From the NCBI GenBank assembly GCA_043771335.1, contig JAYVHM010000007.1:3625-67624 (forward strand): a stretch of DNA of 64,000 nucleotides, read 5' to 3'. The notes beneath the pieces were generated by a model. The model did no database searches, had not been told where the DNA came from, and saw only the letters and a program-made list of their open reading frames with translations. The translations under genes and the position numbers were made by a program. Source of the DNA: a bacterium (lineage in GTDB: Bacteria; Patescibacteriota; Minisyncoccia; Phycocordibacterales; UBA5272). Below are positions 47,820 through 58,299 of this stretch, piece by piece (position 1 is the first letter of the stretch; each line of letters begins with the position of its first letter).

Positions 47820-50060
47820 CTATTCCATGTGCAAGCCATCTAGACTAGTGATTTTGTTTATTATATTTGGATATTTTTGTAGACCGTCCTCAGCTACCTT
47901 CTTCGCATATTTTTTAGATATTTCTACTAATTTTATATTTTTTAACGCCTCCATGCCTAGGTCACTAACTCCTGATTGATTTTTAGAAATGAGTGACCCT
48001 ATACCACGTGTTTCCATGTCTAACTCTGCTAATTTAAAACCGTCTATAGTCTTTTCAAAATTCTTTAACCTTTGCATGCTAGTATCGCTCTCGCTCTCTG
48101 AAAATATATAACAAGTCGAAGCATGCGCTCCGCGACCGATACGACCACGTAGTTGATGTAATTGTGATAGTCCGAACCTGTCTGCGTTTTCAATTATCAT
48201 TATACTGGCATTTGGTATATTTACTCCCACTTCTACTAGTGATGTGGCAACAAGAATATGTATTTTATTGTCTGCAAAGTTTTGCATTATATTTTCTTTC
48301 TCTTCGCCAGTCATCTTGCTGTGTATACCACTCACATTATATTTTGGGAATATTTTTTGTAATCTTAATAATTCACCTTCTACATTTTTTCTAACCCCAT
48401 CATCATCTTCACTCTCTTTTATTTTTGTACAAATTACAAAAACTTGTTGATTTTGTTTTAACTTTTCTTCTATGTCTTTGTATATCTTATCTCTGTCAGT
48501 TTTATGCACTATTTTTGTGCTTATGGGTTGTCTACCTTTTGGTAATTCATCTATTATAGATAGGTCTAAATCACCAAAAATAGAGAGTGCTAGCGTGCGA
48601 GGTATCGGCGTCGCTGTCATAGATAACAGGTGGGGTATCTCTGGCCTAGAATCTCCTTTCTTGTGAGCTAAGTCAGCACGCGTAGCTACTCCAAATCTGT
48701 GTTGCTCATCTATTATTATTAAGGCCAAGTCTCTGAACTCTACTTTCTTTTTTGTTACGGCATGTGTGCCCACTAATAATGATATTTTACCTTCTTCTAC
48801 CCATTTTATTAGTTGAGGTCTCGAGACTTTTGTATAACTTTCAGGGTCTAATTTTGAAGGGAATTTGTAAGCTGTTTTTCCAGATAGATAACCTATTTCG
48901 ATATTGGTGTGAGCTAACATTTTTATTAATGTTTCGAATTGTTGCAAGGCAAGTATCTCAGTAGGCGCTAAGTATACGGCCTGTAATGGGGTACCTGATC
49001 TTTTTTGTAATCCATTAACATCTACTCGTCTATTTTTGATAGTAGAGTATATGGCACAAGCTGCAACCATTGTTTTCCCTGAGCCCACATCACCCTCAAC
49101 TAATCTTTGCATCGGATTATTTTTATTCATATCAGAGTGTATATCTGCCACTACTTTTTTTTGAGCATTAGTTAATTCTATGTTGTGAGTATTTAAGAAA
49201 TCTTGTACCAGATTTTTCTCATCATTTATATTGTAAGCTGGAGATTTGGCAGATTTTATTTTCTCATCGGCAATTTTTGCTTGTATCAAAAACATCTCTT
49301 CGAACATGAATCTCTTTCTGGCCGTCATAGCCATATTATTATTCTTTGGCATATGCAAATATATAATAGATTCTTTGTAACTCGGTAAGTTGATTTCTTC
49401 TCTTATGTCTTTTGGTAATATATCAAAACTGTTTATATCTTTTTTATTCTCAGCATCTAATGTGTTAAAGTCAGCACTCATTATTATTTTTTTTATTAAT
49501 TCATGAATAAAATTACTGCTCACACCTTTACTCTCAGAATACACAGGTAACATAGGACTATTCTCATTTGATGTATTCCCCCCCTCTGTATTATTTGAAG
49601 AGAAAATAGAGTCTATAGGATTTTTAATGCTTTCATCATTTTTATTTATTTTACTTATGCTTGGATTTGAAAAGTAGAGCTTACCATTTTTTTCTTCTGC
49701 TTTTCCATGCACACTCACCACTGAACCTACTGGATACATTTTCCCTATATATGCCTGATTGAACCAAAATATTTTTATATCATTCACCCCATCTGAAAAA
49801 ACTGCTTCAGTCATTGGTATTTTACTGGTCCAAGCTTTGCGTATTTCTATCTTTTTGATATGTCCATATAGAGTAGCCATGGATCCAGCTTCTATATTCT
49901 GTATGCTAATATTGTCCCCATAAGTTACATAGCGGAGCGGAGCATAGCGAAGTAAATCTTCACAAGTAAAAATGCCAAGTTTATCAAAAGCTGCAGCTTG
50001 AGCTGGAGTTAATCTCTTTATCTCAGTAATTTTTTTGTGTAAAATAGAAAGAGAATTCAT
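47820..50060 (-). CDS. recG: ATP-dependent DNA helicase RecG
   Basis: GDVGSGKT, APTEILA.Q, IDEQHRFGV, MTATPIPRTL, QLHQLRGRIGRG. Confidence 0.97.
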   Translation of the reverse strand: MNSLSILHKKITEIKRLTPAQAAAFDKLGIFTCEDLLRYAPLRYVTYGDNISIQNIEAGSMATLYGHIKKIEIRKAWTSKIPMTEAVFSDGVNDIKIFWFNQAYIGKMYPVGSVVSVHGKAEEKNGKLYFSNPSISKINKNDESIKNPIDSIFSSNNTEGGNTSNENSPMLPVYSESKGVSSNFIHELIKKIIMSADFNTLDAENKKDINSFDILPKDIREEINLPSYKESIIYLHMPKNNNMAMTARKRFMFEEMFLIQAKIADEKIKSAKSPAYNINDEKNLVQDFLNTHNIELTNAQKKVVADIHSDMNKNNPMQRLVEGDVGSGKTMVAACAIYSTIKNRRVDVNGLQKRSGTPLQAVYLAPTEILALQQFETLIKMLAHTNIEIGYLSGKTAYKFPSKLDPESYTKVSRPQLIKWVEEGKISLLVGTHAVTKKKVEFRDLALIIIDEQHRFGVATRADLAHKKGDSRPEIPHLLSMTATPIPRTLALSIFGDLDLSIIDELPKGRQPISTKIVHKTDRDKIYKDIEEKLKQNQQVFVICTKIKESEDDDGVRKNVEGELLRLQKIFPKYNVSGIHSKMTGEEKENIMQNFADNKIHILVATSLVEVGVNIPNASIMIIENADRFGLSQLHQLRGRIGRGAHASTCYIFSESESDTSMQRLKNFEKTIDGFKLAELDMETRGIGSLISKNQSGVSDLGMEALKNIKLVEISKKYAKKVAEDGLQKYPNIINKITSLDGLHME

Positions 50061-50074
50061 TTTTATATTATAAC

Positions 50075-50111
50075 ATAAAAATAGCGCGACCGAAGGTCGC
50101 GCTATTTTTAT
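50075..50111. terminator. Perfect palindrome with GCGACC-GAA-GGTCGC core
   Basis: ataaaaatagcgcgacc-gaa-ggtcgcgctatttttat. Confidence 0.85.
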
Positions 50112-50129
50112 AGAAAATTTCTTCTCTGT

Positions 50130-50528
50130 TTAGTATCTATTCTTAGCGTATATAATTATAAGAGCAATATTTACTAATATACATATGAGAGAAAGTAAGT
50201 TAGTAGTGCTGGCAATATTCTTTATATCACTAAAGTTAATATAAGTAGTAGCTATTAGAATAAAGAGAGAGATAGAGAGTGGAGCAACTGGTCTCGGCCA
50301 TAGTATTATTAGTCCAGCTAATAGCACAAAGCCACCATGCCAAATAGTAAAAGCAGCTACAGGAGGAATGTATCCAGTGATACACTCAAACATACTATTG
50401 CCATTTGCAATACTTTTGTATCCTTTTAACAATACAGGAAGATGATCAGAGATGAAGTAAATACCAAGAGCGAGACGAAGTATATAGGGCCAAATATTTG
50501 CTATCATAGATTTAATTTTGTCCCACAC
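50130..50528 (-). CDS. Small 4-TM membrane protein (DoxX-like)
   Basis: ILRLALG.YF N-terminal pattern, 4 hydrophobic segments. Confidence 0.6.
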   Translation of the reverse strand: MWDKIKSMIANIWPYILRLALGIYFISDHLPVLLKGYKSIANGNSMFECITGYIPPVAAFTIWHGGFVLLAGLIILWPRPVAPLSISLFILIATTYINFSDIKNIASTTNLLSLICILVNIALIIIYAKNRY

Positions 50529-53127
50529 AAGTAGAGACAGTATTTACTGATTTTGTAGAGTATGTGCTGGCTGTAGGGTTAGAGTAAGATCCTCCTACTG
50601 CATTAGCGTTATCACACTCCATTTTAAAGCGAGTAGAGTAGTTAAAAAGCCTCTTACCATTTGGAAACCTATTTACTTTTTCTAAGATTATTTGCCCAGA
50701 ACTGATTCCATATTGATTAACAGTTGACATTACAGAAGAAAAAGATTGATTTCTATTAGCGCCATATTTTGAAGAAGCTAGTTGTGAATTGAGCTCGGTA
50801 ATTTGTGTTGCTTTGTCAGCTAGGTCCACGGTGACAGAATTTATAGCTGAAGCATTTATCCTACAGACTTTACCAACAGTATTAGACATTACCCACTTTA
50901 AAGTAGCAGCACTGTCACCACCAGGGCAAGTTATCTGATCTGGTGATATTAAGAAGGCTGAGATTATTACAGGGGTTTTTGACACTATGTCATATGCTTT
51001 AGTCGCAGTGTCTGAACCACTAATGCCATTACAGGTTAATTTAAAGGTTGTACTTTTACCTGTAGAGCTAGCTTTTACAGTGACTATTGGTGTGTAATAC
51101 GGGTCAGCATTTGTAGACCCAGAGTCTAAAACTCTATCTATCATGCCATCATTCATAACAAGAGAATAACTAATCGAGTTATCACATCTACCACTAACTG
51201 TAACATTATCAGGATTAGCCACAGTAGAAGCTGAGACTACATTTATTATTGCTTTTGCTGTCGAGACTCTGTTAAGTATTAGCCACATTACTTTTGTAAC
51301 TCCACTTTTAGTAGCTGTCACTCTTACAGATAGGTTAGAAGCATAAACATTTGTATTTTGATTACTGGTTATACTGTTAGATCCAAAAGAGTCTATGGCA
51401 TAGATGCCAAGATTTCCGGCATTTGCAGATGTTCCAGACCTAGTCGGTGCACCAGAAGTAGGTGTATCAGCCCATACATCAACAGTCCAGCTGTCAAAAG
51501 ATGTTACATTATAAGACATGCCACCAAGTCTTCCGTTAGAAGTATCGACTTGTAAAGTAAGAGGTAAAGATAATACTGTTCCATACTGACTGGTGCCATT
51601 ACTAGAAGATATACTTCCACTAAGACTAAGAGTATTTGCTGGGTAAGTGGCAATAGATTTGTAGTTTTTATAAGCACATATTAGCATGTATACAGATCCT
51701 GCATTTGGTTTTATTTTTGTAGAAAAATTACTGCTAGGTGGGTTAGTATATGTTTTCGGATAATTAGGTAATGAGACATTATTTTCTTTTAAGTCTACGC
51801 TGGTATAATCAGGAGTACAGCTAAGGGTTATGTCATTACTCGCATCTGGTCCAGTTATGGTTGCTATCGGTTTTTTATAAACTTCTGCCTTGAACATATC
51901 AGAACCTACACCACGTATCGGCTCTGCAGTGTCAGTACAGTTTATGTTGTAACCAAGAATATTATTACCTGTATGTGAAGCATTTAATTCTGTTCTCCAT
52001 TGTGGTGATCCAGGTAAAAGAGTAAATGAATAATTATAATTAGGTGATGACCCACTACGAGTAGCAGTACCAATCAAAGCATTGCCAACATCATAAACCT
52101 TGCATTCATTACCTGTGCTATTCCAAGTAGCAATAGCAGAAGACCCTATCTCCGAGATACTGTCACTTATATTGTCTATTTTTACTTTTGCTGGAACTGT
52201 AATGTCCGCACTAGCATTCCTAGTTATAGAAGAGTTAACTCCTGAACCGGCACAAGTCACAGCATAGGTGTATGTCTGACTGTTAACAGTAGAGACAACA
52301 GCAGTATCATATCCTCCAGCATTAAGAGTGACCGACACTCCATTACGAGTGAGTGAGGTCTGGGTCAATGGTGTAGGGCAGGTTGTAGTTACTCTCGGAT
52401 TAGCGAGACCACTCCAAACAACATTAATAGTTGCAGGACCAACGACTATACAAGATGTTCCAGTATAAGCGAGTCCTGGAGGACAAGAACAAGTAAAAGT
52501 TTTTGGAGATCCAGAGAGTAATGGATTATTACCGGGCGCACTATTGATAGCAAAAGCTCTTATCGAATGTAAGTTACTATCACAATAAGTAGAATCAGGA
52601 AAAGTGTAAGAAAAAGCATGATTGCCAATACCGGCAGCTGTTAAGTCTGCTCTGTAGAGACCAGCTGAAATGGGTCCTATAGGATTTGGGTTGCTGTCTA
52701 TATAAAGATGTATATCTAGGGCAGTGCTCGGCGTATCGTTATCCTTAGCCCATCCCCATGTGCTAGGTATACCATTTGTGGCACCAGCACCATCATGCGA
52801 TCCCACAGGGTCAGCATTACAAGATGCATCATTAATATTCGTAACGCTGTCAGAGTCTGACACATAAGGCCAGTTAGGACCAACACCCCAACATTCTAGA
52901 AAAGCGTAACATGGCCCTGCTGGCATAGTCACACTAACATCTTCATCCCAGTTATTTGGGTAAAAATAACAAGGAGATTGTAATACGTTGGTGCGACAAA
53001 GCTGTACATTTCTAGTGGACCAGTTCAGAGTGGAAGTTTTTCCAGGGCATACATTTATAGCAGAAGAATAATTTAAAAAAGTTAATAAAAAAGAAAAAGA
53101 GATTAGTAATGCTTTAAAGGTTTTCAT
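50512..53127 (-). CDS. Large secreted Ser/Thr-rich multi-domain surface protein
   Basis: Signal peptide, paired Cys, beta-strand-rich Ig-like modules. Confidence 0.82.
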   Translation of the reverse strand: MKTFKALLISFSFLLTFLNYSSAINVCPGKTSTLNWSTRNVQLCRTNVLQSPCYFYPNNWDEDVSVTMPAGPCYAFLECWGVGPNWPYVSDSDSVTNINDASCNADPVGSHDGAGATNGIPSTWGWAKDNDTPSTALDIHLYIDSNPNPIGPISAGLYRADLTAAGIGNHAFSYTFPDSTYCDSNLHSIRAFAINSAPGNNPLLSGSPKTFTCSCPPGLAYTGTSCIVVGPATINVVWSGLANPRVTTTCPTPLTQTSLTRNGVSVTLNAGGYDTAVVSTVNSQTYTYAVTCAGSGVNSSITRNASADITVPAKVKIDNISDSISEIGSSAIATWNSTGNECKVYDVGNALIGTATRSGSSPNYNYSFTLLPGSPQWRTELNASHTGNNILGYNINCTDTAEPIRGVGSDMFKAEVYKKPIATITGPDASNDITLSCTPDYTSVDLKENNVSLPNYPKTYTNPPSSNFSTKIKPNAGSVYMLICAYKNYKSIATYPANTLSLSGSISSSNGTSQYGTVLSLPLTLQVDTSNGRLGGMSYNVTSFDSWTVDVWADTPTSGAPTRSGTSANAGNLGIYAIDSFGSNSITSNQNTNVYASNLSVRVTATKSGVTKVMWLILNRVSTAKAIINVVSASTVANPDNVTVSGRCDNSISYSLVMNDGMIDRVLDSGSTNADPYYTPIVTVKASSTGKSTTFKLTCNGISGSDTATKAYDIVSKTPVIISAFLISPDQITCPGGDSAATLKWVMSNTVGKVCRINASAINSVTVDLADKATQITELNSQLASSKYGANRNQSFSSVMSTVNQYGISSGQIILEKVNRFPNGKRLFNYSTRFKMECDNANAVGGSYSNPTASTYSTKSVNTVSTCVGQN

Positions 53128-53207
53128 ATAAATATATTATAACAGTATATCTGTATATATTTACGAAAAGTATTTTTATGTTGTGTATAATTATAAATAA
53201 GATAACA

Positions 53208-53798
53208 TTAGTAATCATTAGGGCAAGGTATGAATACAGAAGATATTAATTTTGCTCCATAGTGCATAAAAAAGTTAATACATCTACTGTCTTCCATTTT
53301 AAAAACGAGACCACCTGTTTTCATTTCATTTAAAGAAGTATAACTTTTTGCACTTACGTAATCTATATAGTCACATGAGTGTGATTCTAAGGTGTTTTTG
53401 CTTGTTAAAAAGACAGCTTCACCAGTATCTTTGTATAATATTTGTATACATTTTGAACTTTCTGATTTTGCTGTCTTGTAATTATACAAAGCCACAACAA
53501 CATCTCTGTTGTTTGCTTTATACACAAAGTCCACAAGCAGAAAATCTTTACCAATAAGAGAGTATATATCTTCTATATTTTTAAAATTTTCTGATATTGT
53601 ATTTTTTGATGGAGTGATTAAAGCGTTGAATCCTTTCGTAGATTCTGCGTTCCATACTTTATTTCCATTTTGTCTTGATATTGCATTTAAAATTATTATT
53701 AATATAAAAATAAAACAAGTTAGAATTATTAAGAGGTTCTTTTTATTTATTTTACTAATTTTATGTGTTATGTGTTTTATTTTAGTTAAGATTTTCAT
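53208..53798 (-). CDS. Membrane-anchored hypothetical protein
   Basis: N-terminal TM helix, 4 Cys in the soluble domain. Confidence 0.65.
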   Translation of the reverse strand: MKILTKIKHITHKISKINKKNLLIILTCFIFILIIILNAISRQNGNKVWNAESTKGFNALITPSKNTISENFKNIEDIYSLIGKDFLLVDFVYKANNRDVVVALYNYKTAKSESSKCIQILYKDTGEAVFLTSKNTLESHSCDYIDYVSAKSYTSLNEMKTGGLVFKMEDSRCINFFMHYGAKLISSVFIPCPNDY

Positions 53799-54645
53799 AT
53801 TTTTTATTCCAAGTTATTTGTCTCTTTGCATATTGTATGCTTTTTTGTATTATGTATTCTTTGCACTGCTTTTCTGTTTTTATATCTTCATCTATATACT
53901 TTAGGATAGCTGAGTATTCTAATCCTGATTTTTCTAGCCACTTTTTATCTACTCCTTCTTCTATTAATTTTTTAGTTTCTAGTAACATATTTACCCACCT
54001 CTTTTCACATCTAATTTTTATATTTTCTTTCAAGGTTTCTAGAATTGGTGAAAGTTTTATTAATTTTATGTTGTATTTTAATTTTCTGTCGTGTTTTGTA
54101 TTTATCTCTCCTGTATTCTGTATTAATATTTCTAATTTTCTTATTAACCTTTCTTTATTATTCTTTTCACTATTATTTAGGGCTTCAAAAAACTCTTTAT
54201 TTATTTTTATCACTAAGTTTTGTACTTCTATTAAATCTTTTTCTTTTAATTCCATCTTTATTTTATTATTAGGAGCAGGGTTATCGGTGATACCATAAAG
54301 CAATGCCTCTATATACAGTCCGGTACCACCACAGATTATTATATTTTTATCTTTATTTTCTGAGATTATTTTTTCTGTGTATTTCAACCAGTCATTGACT
54401 GTGAATTTTTCTCCTGGATTTACGATGTCTAATCCAAAATGAGGGACACCTCGCATCTCCTCTTTGTTTATCTTGCCTGATCCGATGTCCAGACCCCTAT
54501 ATACTTGTCTACTGTCAGCGCTAATTATTATGCTTTCTATATTTTCTTCTACTTTCTTTTTTAAGGCTAGAGATACAGCATAGTCTGATTTTCCACTCGC
54601 TGTCGGGCCTACTATTACAGTTATTTTTTGTAACTCATTTTGCAT
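53782..54645 (-). CDS. miaA: tRNA dimethylallyltransferase
   Basis: GPTASGKS, ISADSRQVYRGLDIGSGK, GGTGLY, YAKRQ.TW; ATG 54645 lies 6 nt after TGCTATAAT. Confidence 0.96.
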   Translation of the reverse strand: MQNELQKITVIVGPTASGKSDYAVSLALKKKVEENIESIIISADSRQVYRGLDIGSGKINKEEMRGVPHFGLDIVNPGEKFTVNDWLKYTEKIISENKDKNIIICGGTGLYIEALLYGITDNPAPNNKIKMELKEKDLIEVQNLVIKINKEFFEALNNSEKNNKERLIRKLEILIQNTGEINTKHDRKLKYNIKLIKLSPILETLKENIKIRCEKRWVNMLLETKKLIEEGVDKKWLEKSGLEYSAILKYIDEDIKTEKQCKEYIIQKSIQYAKRQITWNKKYENLN

Positions 54646-54696
54646 TTTTTTATTATAGCATGTATAATAAGTATATAATAATAAATTATTATTTCT

Positions 54697-55083
54697 ATGC
54701 ATAATTTTATAAATGCCAGCCCAGCTTCTAACGCACCAGAAGACGGAAAGAAAATAAGAGCAGCACTTAAAAGTGCTGAGAGTTGGGTTCATAAAGAGGA
54801 GATGGACAATCTGGATAAGAAAGAAAAGCTAATAAAAGATATAGAGACAGAACATCAGAGGGTTATAGCTTTTTTTAAGAGAATAAAAGAAGTGAAAGAA
54901 GAGATTGTTAAACTAACAGACAAAGGAGAAATATCAATCAGAGAAAAGCTATTAAATGTCTTAGATTATCAAAAGTTTGTTGCTGTAAAAAAGAGAAATG
55001 AATTAGCAAAAGATTTAAATCCAGAAGAGAGATTAGAATTAGAAAATAAGCTAGTTACTGATTTGTCTAATGAGGCTCACTAA
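54697..55083 (+). CDS. Hypothetical coiled-coil protein
   Basis: 128-aa charged ORF, divergent from miaA. Confidence 0.62.
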   Translation: MHNFINASPASNAPEDGKKIRAALKSAESWVHKEEMDNLDKKEKLIKDIETEHQRVIAFFKRIKEVKEEIVKLTDKGEISIREKLLNVLDYQKFVAVKKRNELAKDLNPEERLELENKLVTDLSNEAH

Positions 55084-55145
55084 TATACTTATATACTTAA
55101 AATAAAAAAACGCCAAGAAATTATCTTTGCGTCTTTGGGTTTTTA

Positions 55146-55430
55146 TTAGTTCAAACGACGAATGGTCATTGAGTCCAAGTTCACAGTCTCAACACAGCAG
55201 GTTTTATTTACATTAGAACGTATTGCGTTCCATGTAACTTCAATCTTTTGCAGAGTGCTATTTTGCATAGACAGTAGCATTCTTTTTAAATCAACCACTA
55301 ACTTTTCTGCACTGATTTTTGTTTTCTTCACCAAAGCTCTTAGTAACTCATTAAAGGTTGTGTCCTTTTTTAATTCTAGACAGTCAATAATTTGTTCTTC
55401 TTTTATTAAGCTTTTTTTGAATCTTCCCAT
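55146..55430 (-). CDS. Hypothetical protein
   Basis: AAGGAG SD and TTGCTA-17-TATTAT promoter upstream. Confidence 0.6.
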   Translation of the reverse strand: MGRFKKSLIKEEQIIDCLELKKDTTFNELLRALVKKTKISAEKLVVDLKRMLLSMQNSTLQKIEVTWNAIRSNVNKTCCVETVNLDSMTIRRLN

Positions 55431-55622
55431 TCTTATCTCCTTAGATTTAGGTTATTTTTCTGCATAAAAACTTATTTACACAGATAAGTATAATACTACA
55501 TTGCTAATAATATAGCAAATGAAGCCTGTGAATAAGAGTTAGCTTTTTAATAACATAAGGAGTATAATTATATTAAGGATATAGTTTAAAAATTATATAA
55601 AATAATTATATCCAAAAAAAAT

Positions 55623-55814
55623 ATGAATTTAAATCACATTGCAAAATGGCTAGTAACAGTCGGTGCTCTTAACTGGGGACTTGTAGGTATTGGTTCTCTT
55701 GCGGGTACTAATCTTAATATTGTCAACCTTATATTAGGTAGCATGCCAATGCTCGAGACTCTTGTGTACATACTAATAGGTGCATCAGCAGTATACTGTC
55801 TATTAAAGAAATAA
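55623..55814 (+). CDS. DUF378 small membrane protein
   Basis: L..VGALNWGLVG...NIV, YILIG.SA. Confidence 0.9.
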   Translation: MNLNHIAKWLVTVGALNWGLVGIGSLAGTNLNIVNLILGSMPMLETLVYILIGASAVYCLLKK

Positions 55815-55902
55815 TAAGATAGTTTTAAGGTACAGGATTTTTAATTAGAAAGTTTTTGGTGGATTAATAGTTTTATAAAACGATTAAAAAGTCAGGTAAA
55901 AT

Positions 55903-55941
55903 AATCAAAAAGCAAGTATAAGAAATACTTGCTTTTTGATT
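55903..55941. terminator. Bidirectional terminator at the end of the R-M cassette
   Basis: aatcaaaaagcaagtat-aagaa-atacttgctttttgatt. Confidence 0.82.
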
Positions 55942-55956
55942 GGTTTAGGAGTAGTG

Positions 55957-57105
55957 TTAAACATTGTTAACCTCTTCAAAACTCTCGTAGGATCCTATCT
56001 GTGCAAAGTCTATCTCATACTCTGTATCACTTATTTTATATATAATAACACTGTCTAAGCCAATATCTTCTAATTTTTTATAAGTTAAAAGCTCCCCTTC
56101 TTTCAAATTTAAAACATCTCTTAATATCCATTCTCCTAAAGCTTTGTTAGGATTACTCATCAAAGCTTTGCTCCCTTCTTGGCAGACTTTAACTTCTATA
56201 ATTTTTTTATTTGGTAGTTTTAGACTAAAAGGAGTATCTCTTTTTGGAAAAAAACCTTCATTTATTCTGTGTATCCAAGCTGGAATAGGGATATAAACTT
56301 CATCATAATTTCTTTCTCTTCCTGCAGCGTTCCACTGATTCAGTCCACTTTTTTCAGGAACTTCTTTTTGATCTTGTCCTGATCTTGTGGAATACAATGG
56401 TAAAAATATATGTTCATGAACTTTAATAGGTGAAAATAATAAAGTCTTTATCTCTGTTGGAGTGTCTTCAAATAATTTTTCTAAGACAGTGAATGGATCT
56501 TCTACAATCTCAACAGGTATTCTCATTAAAACATTTTCTGATTTAAAACGTTTTGACAAAGTACTCTTTGAAATATTAAAAGAATACTCTTCCTTATCAT
56601 CAGTAAAAGATATAGACTTATCTGAAAATGTTTTTATCTTTAAATTCGCCTTATCGATAGTATTCATTGGTGATTCAAAAACTTCCATAACGCCAGAGGA
56701 TCTTGTGACACAATGATAAATTATTTCTTCTAGACCATAGATTCTTTTTGTGGTTTCAATCCTTTCATTTCTTAGGCGAGAGATTTCTTGTACTTGCTCA
56801 TCTATAGGTAGGTTTCTAAACTTCGAGCTACTGGTGTTAAATTCAGCGACTTTCTCCATACCTCTTCCATTTCTTTTCAGAAAAGTTTTTAGACCAAATC
56901 CGACATTTCCGATAGAAGCATCAGCAGACGTATCTGACCGCGAAAGGTTTTCAGCATTAAAACTCTTACAAAATAAGTTTTCGGCAACTCTGTAATAAAG
57001 AAAAGGTTCCTGACTGTCAGAAGATAATTTTGAAAGACTGCCTATTATTTTAAGCATTTTTTCATAGTACTGAACCTGTATTTTGTTTTGTTGATTTATA
57101 AACAT
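55957..57105 (-). CDS. Putative type II restriction endonuclease (NgoFVII-like)
   Basis: E..FC..F.A.NLSR.D...DA....G.GLKTF nuclease motif; SGLNQWNA.GR.R...EVYIP; coupled to the MTase gene. Confidence 0.8.
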   Translation of the reverse strand: MFINQQNKIQVQYYEKMLKIIGSLSKLSSDSQEPFLYYRVAENLFCKSFNAENLSRSDTSADASIGNVGFGLKTFLKRNGRGMEKVAEFNTSSSKFRNLPIDEQVQEISRLRNERIETTKRIYGLEEIIYHCVTRSSGVMEVFESPMNTIDKANLKIKTFSDKSISFTDDKEEYSFNISKSTLSKRFKSENVLMRIPVEIVEDPFTVLEKLFEDTPTEIKTLLFSPIKVHEHIFLPLYSTRSGQDQKEVPEKSGLNQWNAAGRERNYDEVYIPIPAWIHRINEGFFPKRDTPFSLKLPNKKIIEVKVCQEGSKALMSNPNKALGEWILRDVLNLKEGELLTYKKLEDIGLDSVIIYKISDTEYEIDFAQIGSYESFEEVNNV

Positions 57106-57109
57106 ATAT

Positions 57110-58066
57110 TTAACTTATTGCTTTGGCGATATTTTTTGCAACTTTTTCAATTACTGTGACAGTAACAGAGTTACCTGCTTGTTTATATATTTTACTATCC
57201 GATAGGTCCTTTGGAATCTTGTAACTCTTTGGAAAACCTTGAGCATTCAAACATTCCTTTGGAGTAAGTTTCCTTATACCTTTTTCATCAAGTATAAGAG
57301 GAACATTATGTCCACCTGTTCCCATGTTTGCAGTTAGTGTTGGGACGACCCCTTTTTTATTTTCACGAACGTACTGCCTGCGCCACTGGTAGGCGGTATT
57401 TTTTTTAATTATCTCATATTTTAATTTTGGGTATAGGGTAGAGTCTTTTTTATAGTAATATTTTTCTGGTATATCTTTCTCTAAAATATCTGCAATACTA
57501 ACTTTGAGAGTTGTTGGTTTTGGAAATTCAAATTTATCTATAGACTTTTTGTCTTTAAATCCAACAATGTATATACGTTCACGATTCTGTGGAACATTTC
57601 CGTATTCCATACTATTCATAACCTGAACTTTTATGTGATATCCATTAGCATTCAAAACATCTTCAATAATTTTAAATGTTTTTCCTCCATCATGACCTTT
57701 CAGATTTTTTACATTTTCAAGTAAAAATCCCATTGGTTTTTTAGTTTTAAGTATTTCTACTATATTCAAAAATTGATTACCTCTTTCAGTATCTTCAAAT
57801 CCTTTTCTGTACCCAGCTATAGAAAAAGGCTGACAGGGAAATCCTGCTAGCAGAAAATCAAAGTCTGGTAGAGTAGATGGTTTTATTTCTCCTATATCAG
57901 CGACTGTTAGTTGTGATGTTTTAAAATTTAAATCAAAAGTTATTTTACATGCTTTTTCTATATCATTTGAGAAAACAGTTTCAAATCCAGCATGTTCAAA
58001 ACCTAATCTTATACCTCCGATTCCAGCATAAAGATCTATGGTTTTAAATATTTTAGACTTTTTCAT
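57110..58066 (-). CDS. dcm: DNA (cytosine-5)-methyltransferase
   Basis: YAGIGG, GFPCQPFS.AG, LENV, PQNRERIY, YKQAGNSV. Confidence 0.96.
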   Translation of the reverse strand: MKKSKIFKTIDLYAGIGGIRLGFEHAGFETVFSNDIEKACKITFDLNFKTSQLTVADIGEIKPSTLPDFDFLLAGFPCQPFSIAGYRKGFEDTERGNQFLNIVEILKTKKPMGFLLENVKNLKGHDGGKTFKIIEDVLNANGYHIKVQVMNSMEYGNVPQNRERIYIVGFKDKKSIDKFEFPKPTTLKVSIADILEKDIPEKYYYKKDSTLYPKLKYEIIKKNTAYQWRRQYVRENKKGVVPTLTANMGTGGHNVPLILDEKGIRKLTPKECLNAQGFPKSYKIPKDLSDSKIYKQAGNSVTVTVIEKVAKNIAKAIS

Positions 58067-58130
58067 ATGTATAATAATTTTAGCATACAATTTATTTATT
58101 GCCTATATTATTTTTAGGTAAGTTACCTTG

Positions 58131-58211
58131 TGCCGAAGGAGGGACTCGAACCCTCACATCTTTCAATATTCGATTTTGAGTCGAACGCGTCTACCATTCC
58201 GCCACTCCGGC
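58131..58211 (-). tRNA. tRNA-Leu(CAA)
   Basis: Reverse complement gives ttcga-ctCAAaa-tcgaa, variable arm. Confidence 0.93.
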
Positions 58212-58299
58212 TATTTGTTTTCATTTTTTACTCTAAAAACTTTACTTATTTTAACACATTTTTTCTTTTTATGATATAATATATTTAAATAAAATAATT

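Noticed and set aside
53182-55535. DnaA-box-like 9-mers (TGTGTATAA 53182, TGTGAATAA 55527)
   Set aside because: Isolated, not clustered, no dnaA/dnaN in the window; insufficient for an oriC call.
55815-55956. Possible attR for the R-M cassette
   Set aside because: No repeat of the tRNA-Leu(CAA) 3' end visible.
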